64,000 bases of DNA from an archaeon (GCA_029258795.1 JAPDKB010000008.1:80043-144042), one strand, 5' to 3'; numbered from the stretch's first letter, positions 8,868 to 19,405 are shown. Made by a program: numbers and translations. Notes: generated by a model from the sequence alone, not told the origin.

Positions 8868-11531
8868 TTGTTTATGGCTTCTGCGGAGCAGGGTGAAGCT
8901 TCAGCCGGAAGAATCGTCTGGATGGATAAGCCCTACAGCAGGGAGGAGATAGAGAGCATACTAGACCCGCTGGTTAGAGAGTGGTTCTTCTCCCGCTTTA
9001 AAGATTTTTCTCCACCCCAGCGCTTCGCCATCATGGAGATACACAGGCAGAACAACGTGCTCGTTTCAAGCCCAACTGGAAGCGGGAAGACGCTTGCTGC
9101 CTTCCTTGCAATCATAAACGAGCTTGTGATCCTTGCAAGGAACAACATGCTTGAAGATAAGATTTACTGCATCTACATCTCTCCTTTGAGGGCTTTGAGC
9201 AACGACATAGAAAGAAATCTGCAAGTACCCCTTGCTGAGATCTACGAGCTCGCGAAGAAAAAAGGAATAAAATTGCAAAGGATACGCGTGGCAAAGCGCA
9301 CCGGAGACACCACCGCAAGTCAAAAATCCAGCCAGCTGAAGAAGCCGCCACACATACTCATCACCACACCCGAAAGCTTCACCATAGCTCTGTCTTCCCC
9401 AAAATTCTCGCAGCTGATGGCTCAGGCAAGGTATGTTGTGGTGGATGAAATACACAGCATAGCCGAAAATAAGCGCGGCTCCCTGCTGTCTCTGGCTTTG
9501 GAAAGGCTCGAAGCCAAAGCTCAGAACAGCTTTGTCAGAATTGGTCTTTCAGCCACGATCCACCCGCTGGAAGAGGTGGCTAAATTCCTCGTTGGATTTG
9601 AGGAAGAGGGGTTGCCAAGGCACTGTAAAATTGTGGATGTCTCGTTTGAAAAAAGGATCGATGTTGAGGTGCTTTCTCCAGTGGAGGATCTGATCTACAC
9701 ACCAACAGAAGTTATGCATGAAAAGCTTTACCAGCTGCTGGACAAGCTGATAGAAAAGCACACCACCACCCTCATCTTCACCAATACGAGATCGGGCACG
9801 GAAAGGGTTGTGCACCATCTCAAAACCAAGTTCAAGGATAAGTACGCTGAGCTTGTTGAAGCGCACCACGGTTCTCTCTCAAGAGAGATAAGGTTGGACG
9901 TGGAGAGAAAGCTGAAGGAGGGCAAGCTGAAGTGCGTGGTGTCATCCACTTCCCTTGAGCTTGGAATAGACATAGGTTATATCGATCTTGTGGTGCTCAT
10001 AGGCAGCCCGAAGTCGGTAACGAGAGCTATCCAGCGCATAGGGAGAAGTGGTCATAGGCTGGAGGATGTGGCCAAAGGCAAGATAGTCGTGCTTGACAGG
10101 GATGATCTTGTTGAATGTGTGGTGATGGCGAAGAACATAAGGGAGAGGAAACTCGACAAGATTCACATACCCACAAACACGCTCGATGTGTTATGTCAGC
10201 ATCTGGTCGGCATGAGCATAGAGAGGGGGTGGAAAGTTGAGGAAGCTTTCAGCATGATAAAAAGGAGCTATACCTTTCACAATCTCAGCTGGGAAGATTA
10301 CATGGCGGTGCTGCGCTATCTGAATGGAGAGTACGTGCAGCTGGAAGAGAGAAACGTGTACGCGAAGCTCTGGTTTGATGAGGAGACGATGGAGTTTGGA
10401 AGGCGTGGCAAGATGATAAGACCCATCTACTATTTAAACGTGGGGACGATACCTGAGGAGAGCTACGCCAAGATCTATTCAGCTGACAAGAAGTCCTTCA
10501 TCGGGATGGTGGAGGAGGAGTTTATGGAGAAGCTGACAAAAGGAGATAGGTTTGTTCTTGGTGGTAAGGTTTACGAGTTTCTTTATTCGAGGGGGAATAA
10601 GGGCTATGTCAAGCTGGTGGAGGATGCCAAGCCAACCGTGCCGTCATGGTTTTCCGAGCAGCTCCCTCTGACATATGAACTCGCTCAGGACATCGGCCGC
10701 TTCAGGTTCGAGATGAGGAGCCTGCTGGAGAGCGGGGCCGATAAACCTTACATAATAAGACATTTGATGGAGAAGTACAAGGTGAATAGAGTCACAGCTG
10801 AAGCCATCTACAACTACTTCAGGGAGCAGTATGACTATCTCTTCGTGCCAACGCATGCTGAGGTGCTTGTTGAGAACTACATGGATGAGCTGGGCAGGCA
10901 GAACATAATATTCCACACTCTTGTGGGAAGGAGAGCTAATGAAGCTTTGAGCAGAGCTTATGCTTATGCTCTTTCCCGCTACAAAAGGTGCAACGTCAGG
11001 ATAATGCTCAATGATAACGGCTTTGCATTGATTCTGCCGAGGGATGTACGGGTTGACCCTCATCTCGTGGTTGAGCTTGTAACATCTGACAATCTGGAAG
11101 AAATGCTCAGACATGCGCTCGAAGGCACGGAAATTCTGAAGCGCAGATTCAGGCATGTGGCGACGAGAAGCTTCCTGATACTCAGGCGTTACGGAAAGCG
11201 TGAGAAAAGTGTGGCAAGGCAGCAGGTGAATGCCGAGATGCTTCTCAAGCTTATAAAGCGCATCGATCCGAACTTCCCTCTTCTCAAGGAGACGTACCGC
11301 GAGATAATGGAGGATGCCATGGACATAAAGAATGCGAAGCTCTTCCTGAAGGACATCGAGGCGGGAAGAAAGAGGTTCGTGATAAAGGACAGCGTAGAGC
11401 TCCCATCTCCGTTTGCGCTGAATCTCGTGGTGCTCGGATCAACGGATGCCGTGCTCATGGAGGACAGGAGGGAGCTGATAAAGCTCTTCCATCACCAGCT
11501 CATGAAACGGCTTGGAGGTGAGGTGTCTTGA
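8868..11531 (+). CDS. lhr: Lhr-family ATP-dependent helicase (SF2)
   Basis: SPTGSGKT, VDEIH, GLSAT, HHGSL, SLELGID, QRIGRSGH and PSWFSE. Confidence 0.95.
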   Translation: MFMASAEQGEASAGRIVWMDKPYSREEIESILDPLVREWFFSRFKDFSPPQRFAIMEIHRQNNVLVSSPTGSGKTLAAFLAIINELVILARNNMLEDKIYCIYISPLRALSNDIERNLQVPLAEIYELAKKKGIKLQRIRVAKRTGDTTASQKSSQLKKPPHILITTPESFTIALSSPKFSQLMAQARYVVVDEIHSIAENKRGSLLSLALERLEAKAQNSFVRIGLSATIHPLEEVAKFLVGFEEEGLPRHCKIVDVSFEKRIDVEVLSPVEDLIYTPTEVMHEKLYQLLDKLIEKHTTTLIFTNTRSGTERVVHHLKTKFKDKYAELVEAHHGSLSREIRLDVERKLKEGKLKCVVSSTSLELGIDIGYIDLVVLIGSPKSVTRAIQRIGRSGHRLEDVAKGKIVVLDRDDLVECVVMAKNIRERKLDKIHIPTNTLDVLCQHLVGMSIERGWKVEEAFSMIKRSYTFHNLSWEDYMAVLRYLNGEYVQLEERNVYAKLWFDEETMEFGRRGKMIRPIYYLNVGTIPEESYAKIYSADKKSFIGMVEEEFMEKLTKGDRFVLGGKVYEFLYSRGNKGYVKLVEDAKPTVPSWFSEQLPLTYELAQDIGRFRFEMRSLLESGADKPYIIRHLMEKYKVNRVTAEAIYNYFREQYDYLFVPTHAEVLVENYMDELGRQNIIFHTLVGRRANEALSRAYAYALSRYKRCNVRIMLNDNGFALILPRDVRVDPHLVVELVTSDNLEEMLRHALEGTEILKRRFRHVATRSFLILRRYGKREKSVARQQVNAEMLLKLIKRIDPNFPLLKETYREIMEDAMDIKNAKLFLKDIEAGRKRFVIKDSVELPSPFALNLVVLGSTDAVLMEDRRELIKLFHHQLMKRLGGEVS

Positions 11532-11860
11532 AGGGAATTGATTTTTTCAGGCTGAATGAGGAGGGATTGAAGAGAAGAAAGGAGAAGGAAATGGAAGAAG
11601 AGAAGATGATTTACGATGCTCTCCGCAAGTATGTGAAAGATGGAGAGGGGCTTGTGCTTCTCTATACTATCGGGCCGGGGGCTGAGAGGGAAGAGTACAG
11701 GGTCGTGATGGACAGATTCAACGTCAAGGAGGTTAGGAAGGCTCTGGAGTACATGGGAGGTAAGCTTGAAATCTCCGTGCCATCCGAAGGCTTGTGCCTC
11801 GTGCTGAAAAAGGATGATACCCTCCAAGAATTTTACGTGGAAGTGAAAAATGATGAGTGA
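11528..11860 (+). CDS. Hypothetical protein translationally coupled to lhr and the phosphoesterase
   Basis: Overlaps both neighbours; GAGGTG RBS upstream. Confidence 0.65.
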   Translation: MKGIDFFRLNEEGLKRRKEKEMEEEKMIYDALRKYVKDGEGLVLLYTIGPGAEREEYRVVMDRFNVKEVRKALEYMGGKLEISVPSEGLCLVLKKDDTLQEFYVEVKNDE

Positions 11861-12620
11861 TGATATTATACCAAAGGAAGTTTTGGTGGACAGCAAGATT
11901 AAGTTATTGCCGGAAGGGGGAGCGGTCATTGACGACAAAATTCTTGTTATAGCGGATCTCCACCTTGGTTTTGAAGGTGTGATGGCCACAAGCGGGCTAT
12001 TCATGCCGCGCATCATGCTTGAGGACGTAAAAGCTCTGCTTTCCCGAATTGTGGATAAGCACAAAAAACTTGAGGAGCTCGTTGTTGCTGGAGACATGAA
12101 GCATGAATTTGCGGAGATGCACGGGTTTGAGTGGAAGGATGTGCATGCCTTCATGGAGTTCGCGCTTGAAAAATTCAAAAGGGTCGTGGTGGTGAGGGGA
12201 AATCATGACAACTATCTCAAAGTTGCACTCAAGAGGTATGAGAGAGTGGTGTTTGAGGAAGCTGCCTATGTTAAAGATGATTTTGTGGTGGTGCATGGCG
12301 ATAAGGATAATGTTGCGGCTTTTTCCAGACCCTTCCTGATAATGGGGCACGAGCATCCAGCCATCGTTGTGAAGGATGATGTTGGTGCCGTTGTGAGAAC
12401 AAGATGTTTCATGGTTGGCAAGTATGGGAGGACTAGGATTGTTGTGCTTCCGGCATTCTCTCCGATTTTTATGGGTACCGACATCCTTTCAATGCCGGAC
12501 AGCGAGCTCCTCTCGCCGATTCTAAGAAGGATTGGCATAGAGGATTTCAAGCTTTACGCCTGCCTTGAAGATGAGGTTCTCGAATTTCCCACCATAGCTG
12601 AGATAAGAGCTCACATGTGA
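11850..12620 (+). CDS. Metallophosphoesterase (Lhr-associated, ICC-like)
   Basis: ADLHLG, GDMKH, RGNHD, HGD, GHEHP and LPAFSP. Confidence 0.92.
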   Translation: MMSDDIIPKEVLVDSKIKLLPEGGAVIDDKILVIADLHLGFEGVMATSGLFMPRIMLEDVKALLSRIVDKHKKLEELVVAGDMKHEFAEMHGFEWKDVHAFMEFALEKFKRVVVVRGNHDNYLKVALKRYERVVFEEAAYVKDDFVVVHGDKDNVAAFSRPFLIMGHEHPAIVVKDDVGAVVRTRCFMVGKYGRTRIVVLPAFSPIFMGTDILSMPDSELLSPILRRIGIEDFKLYACLEDEVLEFPTIAEIRAHM

Positions 12621-12626
12621 TGCGCG

Positions 12627-13796
12627 ATGGATGCTGAAAAGCTGAAAAAAAGGGTGGTGGATGCTTACCACTTGGGCAGATTTGCCGGGTGGGAAGGGAA
12701 TAAAAACCTTGCTGTATATCGTTGGTTTCCTTACAAGGAAGCGTTTTCAAAGCAGCTGATGGATGAGATTCTCAGCGCTCATTCCACCAAAAATGTGGAA
12801 AGAGTCCTCGACCCTTTCTGTGGGACAGGCACAACAATACTTGCGTGTCTTGAGCGCGGGATAAGCGCTGTTGGGGTTGAGGCAAGCAGGATGATGGTTG
12901 CAGTTGCGAAAACAAAAACCACACGCTATAACGCTTTCGAGCTCAGGAACAAGCTTGCGCTTTTGGTGAAAGAAGCTAAAAAGATGGATGTGGATGAGGA
13001 GGAAGTAAGAGAAGCTCTCAACAACCCTCTGCTCGCAAGAGCATTCTCTCCAAGAAAAATGAAGGAGTTGCTCGCCCTCAAGAAAGCAATAAACAACGTT
13101 TGTGAAGATGGAAATGAAGCCCGGTTTTTTAGGCTTGCGCTTGCAACCGCTGCTTATGAAGCATCCGCACTCCTCAGAGATGGAGCGGTTTTCAAGCAAA
13201 GGAAACGGGTTAAACCCGCGCTCCTTGAAGAATTTGAAAGGCAGGCAAGCAGGATGATTCAAGATGTTGCAAGTTTCTGGCAAAAACATGCAAAAACTCA
13301 TGCAGAGACAGGCGTTGTTCATGGAGATGCGAGAAACCTTCCTTTTCATAATGAAAGCTTTGACCTTCTCATTACCTCTCCACCCTATCTTAAAAAAGAG
13401 GAGTACGTGAAGGTGTACGGAATAGAGAGGTTCTGCATGCTCAACGAAACCATGGAAAATGCGAGCAGGTTTCTCGGCACATCCTACAGGAAGGGCGGTA
13501 AGGAGGGGGATGAAAGTGTTGAAGAAATGGTCGAATCTTATTTTAATGATCTGGGGAAGTTTCTGGTTGAGGCATTCAGGTGTTTAAGGGGGGGTGGAAG
13601 CGCGTACATCATTATTGGGGATGCGTGCATAGATGGAAAAGCATACGACTGCTGCTTTAGAACGGCTGAGATAGCAAGCAAAACCGGGTTTGAAGTGAAG
13701 CGAATATACATGTTAAATGAGAGGTGGTGTGTGAGGCAGCGCGTCTTCAAAACATCCAAAGTTTATGAGGCTGCTGTATGGATTAGAAAGCCGTAA
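12627..13796 (+). CDS. Amino-type DNA methyltransferase (probably N4-cytosine)
   Basis: Motif I DPFCGTGTT precedes motif IV TSPPY; also RWFPYKEAFS. Confidence 0.85.
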   Translation: MDAEKLKKRVVDAYHLGRFAGWEGNKNLAVYRWFPYKEAFSKQLMDEILSAHSTKNVERVLDPFCGTGTTILACLERGISAVGVEASRMMVAVAKTKTTRYNAFELRNKLALLVKEAKKMDVDEEEVREALNNPLLARAFSPRKMKELLALKKAINNVCEDGNEARFFRLALATAAYEASALLRDGAVFKQRKRVKPALLEEFERQASRMIQDVASFWQKHAKTHAETGVVHGDARNLPFHNESFDLLITSPPYLKKEEYVKVYGIERFCMLNETMENASRFLGTSYRKGGKEGDESVEEMVESYFNDLGKFLVEAFRCLRGGGSAYIIIGDACIDGKAYDCCFRTAEIASKTGFEVKRIYMLNERWCVRQRVFKTSKVYEAAVWIRKP

Positions 13797-13856
13797 ACAG
13801 CAAGTTTTTACCTGAAAGAGGTAAAAATTAAAATTTTTTGAACAATCAGAACAACC

Positions 13857-14639
13857 ATGATAAAATTTATTCACCTTCCTGAATTCGGGATGGTTCGCTT
13901 TACATCTAAAGATGAAAGCCGCGACTACAAATTCACTCCCGAAACAACGCCACGGCTTGAATTGGGGTTGCCCTATTCTTACCTCTCCTCGCTTCCTGAT
14001 GTGAAGCTGGGCGACGAGTATTATGTAAAATGTGTGGATAGTGGTTTTCGGATTCATTCCATCTACAAAAATGTTGTGAGAAAGGAGAGTGACGATTATA
14101 GGGAGGTGGGATTTGAAGAGCGCGGCAAGGTGGAAATAGGAGGTCATGAATTGTTTTTTAGGAGGAGGATGTCTCGGGTGGAGAAGGAAGAGGAGGTTGT
14201 TGAGGACGGAGTTCCTGCTTCAAAGATGGTTGGAGGTTTTGAGAGTATAATGAGGATTGGTAAAGCGAGGGAGCTGGTGGAATGTGATTACGAGAGCGAG
14301 AATGGGCTTTACCGCTTTTACACCAGAGTTAGAGGGATGGAGGCTAATGGTCCTGCAAAGGATGCAACCTACTGGCACATGTTTCCCTCCAGGAGATGGG
14401 TGCCCGAGCTCAACCTTTCAGAATACGATGTTGAGTTCTGCGGGTTTGTGAGAGAGCTCTCCCATCCCTCCTCCAAAATCAGGACAAAGGAATGGTGGAT
14501 ATTTCAGATGGGAGAGAATGCTGAAAAGCTACGCGCTCTTCAAGTGGTGTCAAACTTCGAAAGGGATTACGGGGAAGTGGAGACAGTGTACAGAAGCATG
14601 AAGGATAGGTTAGCAGAAACAATGGCACAGCTGGTTTGA
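13857..14639 (+). CDS. Hypothetical protein
   Basis: 260-aa ORF with genome-like codon usage; no recognisable motif. Confidence 0.7.
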   Translation: MIKFIHLPEFGMVRFTSKDESRDYKFTPETTPRLELGLPYSYLSSLPDVKLGDEYYVKCVDSGFRIHSIYKNVVRKESDDYREVGFEERGKVEIGGHELFFRRRMSRVEKEEEVVEDGVPASKMVGGFESIMRIGKARELVECDYESENGLYRFYTRVRGMEANGPAKDATYWHMFPSRRWVPELNLSEYDVEFCGFVRELSHPSSKIRTKEWWIFQMGENAEKLRALQVVSNFERDYGEVETVYRSMKDRLAETMAQLV

Positions 14640-14694
14640 TTTGGGAGTGATATCAGAAAAATTTATATGTAAGTTCTCAACCTTAATTACCTTT

Positions 14695-14850
14695 ATGGCG
14701 AAATGTCCTATCTGCGGGGAAAAGATAAGTCTTTCCGGTCACAGACACGTTCTTTGTAAGCATCACAAATGGTTTGTGCATCTGGAATGCTGCAAGAAAA
14801 AGTGTAGCATGCATGGCGAGCCATGCGAGCATGCTTTCAAAATCTACTGA
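14695..14850 (+). CDS. Small Cys/His-rich metal-binding protein
   Basis: MAKCPICG..LCKHH..HLECCKKKCSMHGEPCEH; TTTATA box just upstream (leaderless). Confidence 0.65.
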   Translation: MAKCPICGEKISLSGHRHVLCKHHKWFVHLECCKKKCSMHGEPCEHAFKIY

Positions 14851-15206
14851 ACGCTTATTCTTTTGCTCATCCACGTGCCGTGAAGATTGCACCTCGCTTT
14901 TGCAAAGATTGTTGAGCTGGGCGTTGCGTGCACAAGAACTTCCACAGAAGGATGGGCAAGAGATGCCGTGAAATCAACTCTTACTGCAGGAGTGTCATCC
15001 ACACAAAGCTCAATCCACTGTATAAAATGTGAGGGTTCATTGGGATGTTTGAGGTATTTTCCCACCTCAACCCTCACTCTGGCAAGCTGCTTTTCCTCAT
15101 CAAAACTCAGCACATCAACATCAACATGATGTTTCTTCTCGGCATCGCTCATCTCAACCGGATCCCAGCTTCTGGGTCTGTTCACACCGTATAGCAAGGC
15201 ATTCAT
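14844..15206 (-). CDS. sor: Superoxide reductase / desulfoferrodoxin ferrous domain
   Basis: EKKH, HPNEPSHFIQWIEL and CNLHGTW; GGAGGTGG RBS before the ATG at 15206. Confidence 0.88.
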   Translation of the reverse strand: MNALLYGVNRPRSWDPVEMSDAEKKHHVDVDVLSFDEEKQLARVRVEVGKYLKHPNEPSHFIQWIELCVDDTPAVRVDFTASLAHPSVEVLVHATPSSTIFAKARCNLHGTWMSKRISVQ

Positions 15207-15278
15207 ACCCACCACCTCCGATATGAATGGTGAGCAGGAATTTTTAAAATAAAAATCTAAGCCACCAAGCTGAAAAAC

Positions 15279-16640
15279 ATGGACCTCCCTAAGGTTGAAA
15301 AGCCAACTCCTGTTCAAATTAGGAACTACTATTCCCAGCCAGAACTCATGGAGTTCATGTTTGAAGTTGCAAAGCAGAGGGAGTTCGTGCCCGTGTATGA
15401 CGGAAAATATGGCAAGAGGCCTGACATGCTGAACATGCCCGGAGATCTTAAAACCATGATTCTAAGTGGCGCTACATCCTTCCACATGTCTGTGGAGAGG
15501 TGGCACAACCCTCTTAACCTCAGCAACGAGATGAGGCCGGATGAGATTGAGAAGCTGCGTGCCGGCTGGGACCTGATTCTTGATATTGACTGCAATGAGG
15601 GCTACATTTATGCGAGAGAAGCTGCGTTGATTCTTGTTAAGGCGTTGAAAGCGCACGGAATAAAGAATGTTTTCGTTAAGTTCTCGGGCAGCAGGGGTTT
15701 TCATGTTGCCGTGCCGTTCGAGTCCCTTCCAAAAGAGGTGGAGGGCAAGCCCATCCAGTCGTTTTATCCGGAACTGCTGCAAGGAATAGCAGCTTATCTC
15801 AAACACCTGATAAAGGAAAAGCTTGGCCAGGAGCTTTTGCGCAAGTATCCGGAGCTTTACGAAAAGATTGCTGTTGATGATGAGAGGGTTGATCCTTACA
15901 AAATCATGGAGATAGAGGAAAACTGGTCGGTCAGGCATCTGTTCAGGGCTCCTTACTCCTTAAACGAGAAGACGTGGTTGGTTAGCACCCCCCTAAGAGT
16001 TGAGGAAATTCCATCGTTTAAAGCCGAGATGGCAGCAATTGAAAGAGTTAAGGTTGGAAGCGCGGGATTTCTGACGAGATGGGAGGAGGGTGAAGCGGAA
16101 AACCTTATATTTGAGGTGCTGGATTTCATGAGCAGGAGGGTGGATGAAAAAAGATTGAGTGTTTCCTCCGAGGTTGAGAGAGGTGCTGGCTTCAGAGAGG
16201 TGAGGAGTGACGCTTACCTTAAAAACAGAGTTGATGAAAGGTTTTTCCCTCCATGCATAAAGAAAGGGCTTGAAGGGCTTGAGGATGGTAGAAAGAGGTT
16301 TCTGTTCGTGCTGATTAACTTTCTAAAATTGATGAGGTGGAAGCCAGAGGAGATAAAGAGTTTGGTGTGGGAGTGGAACAAAAGGAACAAGGAGCCGCTC
16401 CGCGATTCATATGTCAGGGGTCAGCTAAAATATGCTTTCAAGAAGCAGATGGCTTACATCCCTCCGAACTGCGATAACAAGGATTATTATCCAGACATAA
16501 AAATTTGCGAGAAGGACTCATTGTGTGAGAAGATAAGAAATCCCTTATCCTATACTCTCACCAGATACACGCTCTACCTCAAGAAGTCGGGAAAAAAGAG
16601 AGGGAGGAAAATCGGAACTAGAACAGGTAAAAGAAAATGA
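15279..16640 (+). CDS. priSL: Fused DNA primase PriS-PriL (DPANN type)
   Basis: AEP motifs LILDID, KFSGSRGFH and RAPYS, followed by the PriL-CTD Fe-S motifs PPCI and PPNC..C..C..NP in one chain. Confidence 0.9.
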   Translation: MDLPKVEKPTPVQIRNYYSQPELMEFMFEVAKQREFVPVYDGKYGKRPDMLNMPGDLKTMILSGATSFHMSVERWHNPLNLSNEMRPDEIEKLRAGWDLILDIDCNEGYIYAREAALILVKALKAHGIKNVFVKFSGSRGFHVAVPFESLPKEVEGKPIQSFYPELLQGIAAYLKHLIKEKLGQELLRKYPELYEKIAVDDERVDPYKIMEIEENWSVRHLFRAPYSLNEKTWLVSTPLRVEEIPSFKAEMAAIERVKVGSAGFLTRWEEGEAENLIFEVLDFMSRRVDEKRLSVSSEVERGAGFREVRSDAYLKNRVDERFFPPCIKKGLEGLEDGRKRFLFVLINFLKLMRWKPEEIKSLVWEWNKRNKEPLRDSYVRGQLKYAFKKQMAYIPPNCDNKDYYPDIKICEKDSLCEKIRNPLSYTLTRYTLYLKKSGKKRGRKIGTRTGKRK

Positions 16641-17556
16641 ACCCGTATTTTGCCGTTACCAGCAATGATAAAAAGAAGGTTGGAGCGTAGCGCACACCTT
16701 CCTTTATCTTGATTTTACCCTTTCGCTCCGTCTTCAGCTTTCCGGATTTCCATGCTTTCTTTATGAAGTCCACATCCTGTTTTGTCAGACCCACGAAAAG
16801 CTTTGAGCTGAACCTTTTCGTTGGAGTTTTGACATCTTCAGCGAGCACATCCCCCTCCTTCAACTTTTGGATGCTTATGTATCTCATAAAAACGTTTCTA
16901 TCAGCATGTCTGGCGAAGTTAAGCAGGATGAAGAGCAGGAACATGATCGCGGTGTATTTAGCTCCCACTAAAACCATCTCCATTGCGATGCTCTCGTTGA
17001 GTGGAGAGAGGTAAAGATACGCTGTGCAGCCCATCACCAGAGGTATGGAAGCCACCACACCTTTAATCCGCATCCCTTCAAAGCTGGCTTTCAGCAGCTC
17101 ACTTTTCTTCTCAGCATATAAAAGCGCGTAAATCAGGGTAAAGAGGATAGCATATATTGCTCCTACCACAAAACAGTTTATGAGAAATGCGACGGGGTAG
17201 AAAAGTAAGTGATTGACAGCCATCAAATTCGGGTGGAAGAAGCTCAGCGGTTTTGGTACTGCAAATCCTATCGATGCTAAAATCAATACGTCAGCTTCAC
17301 CCCACTGTCCTGTGGAGAAAAGCGCGTATCCCAGCACGAGGAAAATTGTGGCTGTGGCAAAAGCTATGAATATGTCATCCCACTGGGAGAAAACCACACC
17401 CCTGCCAAGATAAATCAGAAGTGCTCCCACAAAACCCCCAAGCGGAACAAAATCTGGGATTTCGGTGGTTTTGATATCATATATTGCTCCTGCAAGGGAT
17501 GTTAGACATGCTATCAGGAAAAGCGTGTGGTCTGAGAGGATGAGCGAGACATCCAT
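16618..17556 (-). CDS. Prepilin/preflagellin peptidase (A24)
   Basis: YDIKTTEIPD, WGEAD, many TM segments and C-terminal RYAPTF. Confidence 0.85.
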   Translation of the reverse strand: MDVSLILSDHTLFLIACLTSLAGAIYDIKTTEIPDFVPLGGFVGALLIYLGRGVVFSQWDDIFIAFATATIFLVLGYALFSTGQWGEADVLILASIGFAVPKPLSFFHPNLMAVNHLLFYPVAFLINCFVVGAIYAILFTLIYALLYAEKKSELLKASFEGMRIKGVVASIPLVMGCTAYLYLSPLNESIAMEMVLVGAKYTAIMFLLFILLNFARHADRNVFMRYISIQKLKEGDVLAEDVKTPTKRFSSKLFVGLTKQDVDFIKKAWKSGKLKTERKGKIKIKEGVRYAPTFFLSLLVTAKYGFIFFYLF

Positions 17557-17576
17557 GCAAATACACCGGATTTAGT

Positions 17577-18158
17577 TCACTTCTTTTTGGTTTTTCTTGT
17601 GGACTTGGCCTTTTCCTTCTTTTTGGTGCTGCTTTTCTTTCTGGTTGAAAGCAGGATTTCCGCTGCCTCTGTTAAGCTTGAAACTTCATGTTTTGGCATT
17701 TCTTCCTCAAACTCCGCATCCCTGTCAGCATATTTTCCTCTTCTCACTCTTATCGTCTTTATTCCCGCAAGGTTGCCGAGCAAGATGTCTCTATCTGGTC
17801 TGTCACCCACCATCCAGAAGTTGCGCAAGTCAAACTTCCTCTCAAATTTATCGTAGAGTAGGGTGCGTATCACTCCAATAATTCGGGGGTCCGGTTTTCT
17901 CATATCATAATCGGTTGCGCTCACCACAAGATCAAAGTAAGGGTAAAGGAGGTGCGAGCTTAATATTTCCTTTATCTTGGCTTCTGTGTGGTTGCTTAAT
18001 AGGACAACCACATATTCTTTTCTGACCTTTTCGAGGAATTTTAGCGCATCTTCCACAAGCTCATTACCGCTAACCAGCGTTTCCTCTAAGTCAACTATCA
18101 GTACCTTCCTTCTGCTGTCTTTTTCCTTCTTATCACTCTCTTTTTTAATAGCCGCCAT
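17577..18158 (-). CDS. HAD-superfamily hydrolase
   Basis: VDLEETL, LSN, RKPDP and MVGDRPDRDI; Lys-rich termini. Confidence 0.85.
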   Translation of the reverse strand: MAAIKKESDKKEKDSRRKVLIVDLEETLVSGNELVEDALKFLEKVRKEYVVVLLSNHTEAKIKEILSSHLLYPYFDLVVSATDYDMRKPDPRIIGVIRTLLYDKFERKFDLRNFWMVGDRPDRDILLGNLAGIKTIRVRRGKYADRDAEFEEEMPKHEVSSLTEAAEILLSTRKKSSTKKKEKAKSTRKTKKK

Positions 18159-18177
18159 TTTCCATCCCGTTCTGCTT

Positions 18178-18678
18178 TCACTCCCTTAATCTCCTGAAAG
18201 TATCTTCCATGACTGCTGGAGGAATGTCGAGGGTTGGCAGCGCTGCCAGAAGATTCATGTCCACCTTCTTGCTGGAATAGGTTGGGATGATGTGCGTTAC
18301 AAAATGCCCTGTCATCTGGCCGCTGGAAAATCCGTTCTGTGAAACAACTGTGTATCCGGTTATGTAGAGCTTCCTCCTCATCTTCCTTACCACGCTCTTG
18401 ATGGTGTGCGCGTACTCCGCCATCTCCTTCATATCCATCTCTTCAAAGTGTGCTATGTGTCTCTTGGGGAACACCAGCACATGCCCTATGGCTTTAGGGT
18501 TTATCTCCAGCACCGCCATGAAGCTGCTGTTCTCTTCCACCACCATTGCGGGCAGCTGCTTTGCAAGTATCTTGCAAAACACACACTCCTGAAATTCCTG
18601 AGGTACATGCTTCTCCTGCTCCTCTCCTTTCTCTGCCCTTACCTCTCCTTCAATTTGAGTTGCTTCATTCTCCATCAT
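18178..18678 (-). CDS. HIT-family protein
   Basis: CVFCKI, INP..GHVLVFPKRH; histidine triad reads HFVTH, so the middle His is missing. Confidence 0.85.
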   Translation of the reverse strand: MMENEATQIEGEVRAEKGEEQEKHVPQEFQECVFCKILAKQLPAMVVEENSSFMAVLEINPKAIGHVLVFPKRHIAHFEEMDMKEMAEYAHTIKSVVRKMRRKLYITGYTVVSQNGFSSGQMTGHFVTHIIPTYSSKKVDMNLLAALPTLDIPPAVMEDTFRRLRE

Positions 18679-18692
18679 GAAATCACACCTTT

Positions 18693-19289
18693 TTATTCAG
18701 CGGGCTTAACCACAAACCTACACACCTTATCTCCCTTAGCCACACATTCCGTCTCAATGCAATCGAGCTTTCTTCCTCCTATTGCCTCGGCAGCCCCTGC
18801 TATAAATCCGCGCAGCAACGAGCAAACGGGTTTGTCCGTTTTTATGTTGTTTCTAACGTACCAAGTTGCCACAAATGAGTTTTCAACCACAATCACTGAC
18901 TCGCCCTCCCAGTCCAGCTTTTCAAGCGTGCCTTTTCCATAACCGTATGCTGACAGGAGGTCCACAACCTTATTAGCTACTGCATCCCTGCCCTTCTTGG
19001 TTTTGGCAAGTAGCTTAAGTGGCGGGAAGTGATTCATGTAATACAATACCACTGCCTTCACATGCTCTTTTGCGACATCATAGATTATCGCGTCAGCTGC
19101 ATTACCTATAACCTCTCTCATTCTCTCGCGCATGTCCGAGTAGAAGCCGTTGAAAACTATTGCGTGTCTCCTGCCACCAATGGTTAACTCTCCCTTTTCC
19201 GGATCAAATTTCGCTGCTTTTATCCATTCCATCACTCCCTTTTCTTTCTCCTTATCTTCCTTCTTTTTACCAAGTATTTTTGCGGACAT
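18693..19289 (-). CDS. V4R-domain protein
   Basis: GYG, VENSF, PVC..RGFIAG and ETECVAKGDKVCRF. Confidence 0.85.
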   Translation of the reverse strand: MSAKILGKKKEDKEKEKGVMEWIKAAKFDPEKGELTIGGRRHAIVFNGFYSDMRERMREVIGNAADAIIYDVAKEHVKAVVLYYMNHFPPLKLLAKTKKGRDAVANKVVDLLSAYGYGKGTLEKLDWEGESVIVVENSFVATWYVRNNIKTDKPVCSLLRGFIAGAAEAIGGRKLDCIETECVAKGDKVCRFVVKPAE

Positions 19290-19405
19290 ATAATACTCAC
19301 CTGGTTTTCTTTTTTTGAATTTTAATTATCCAGACAAACTTTCTGTATGGATCAACTACCTTATATAATTTTTTGTTTTGTTCGTCAATAGTTATGATTG
19401 ATGGA

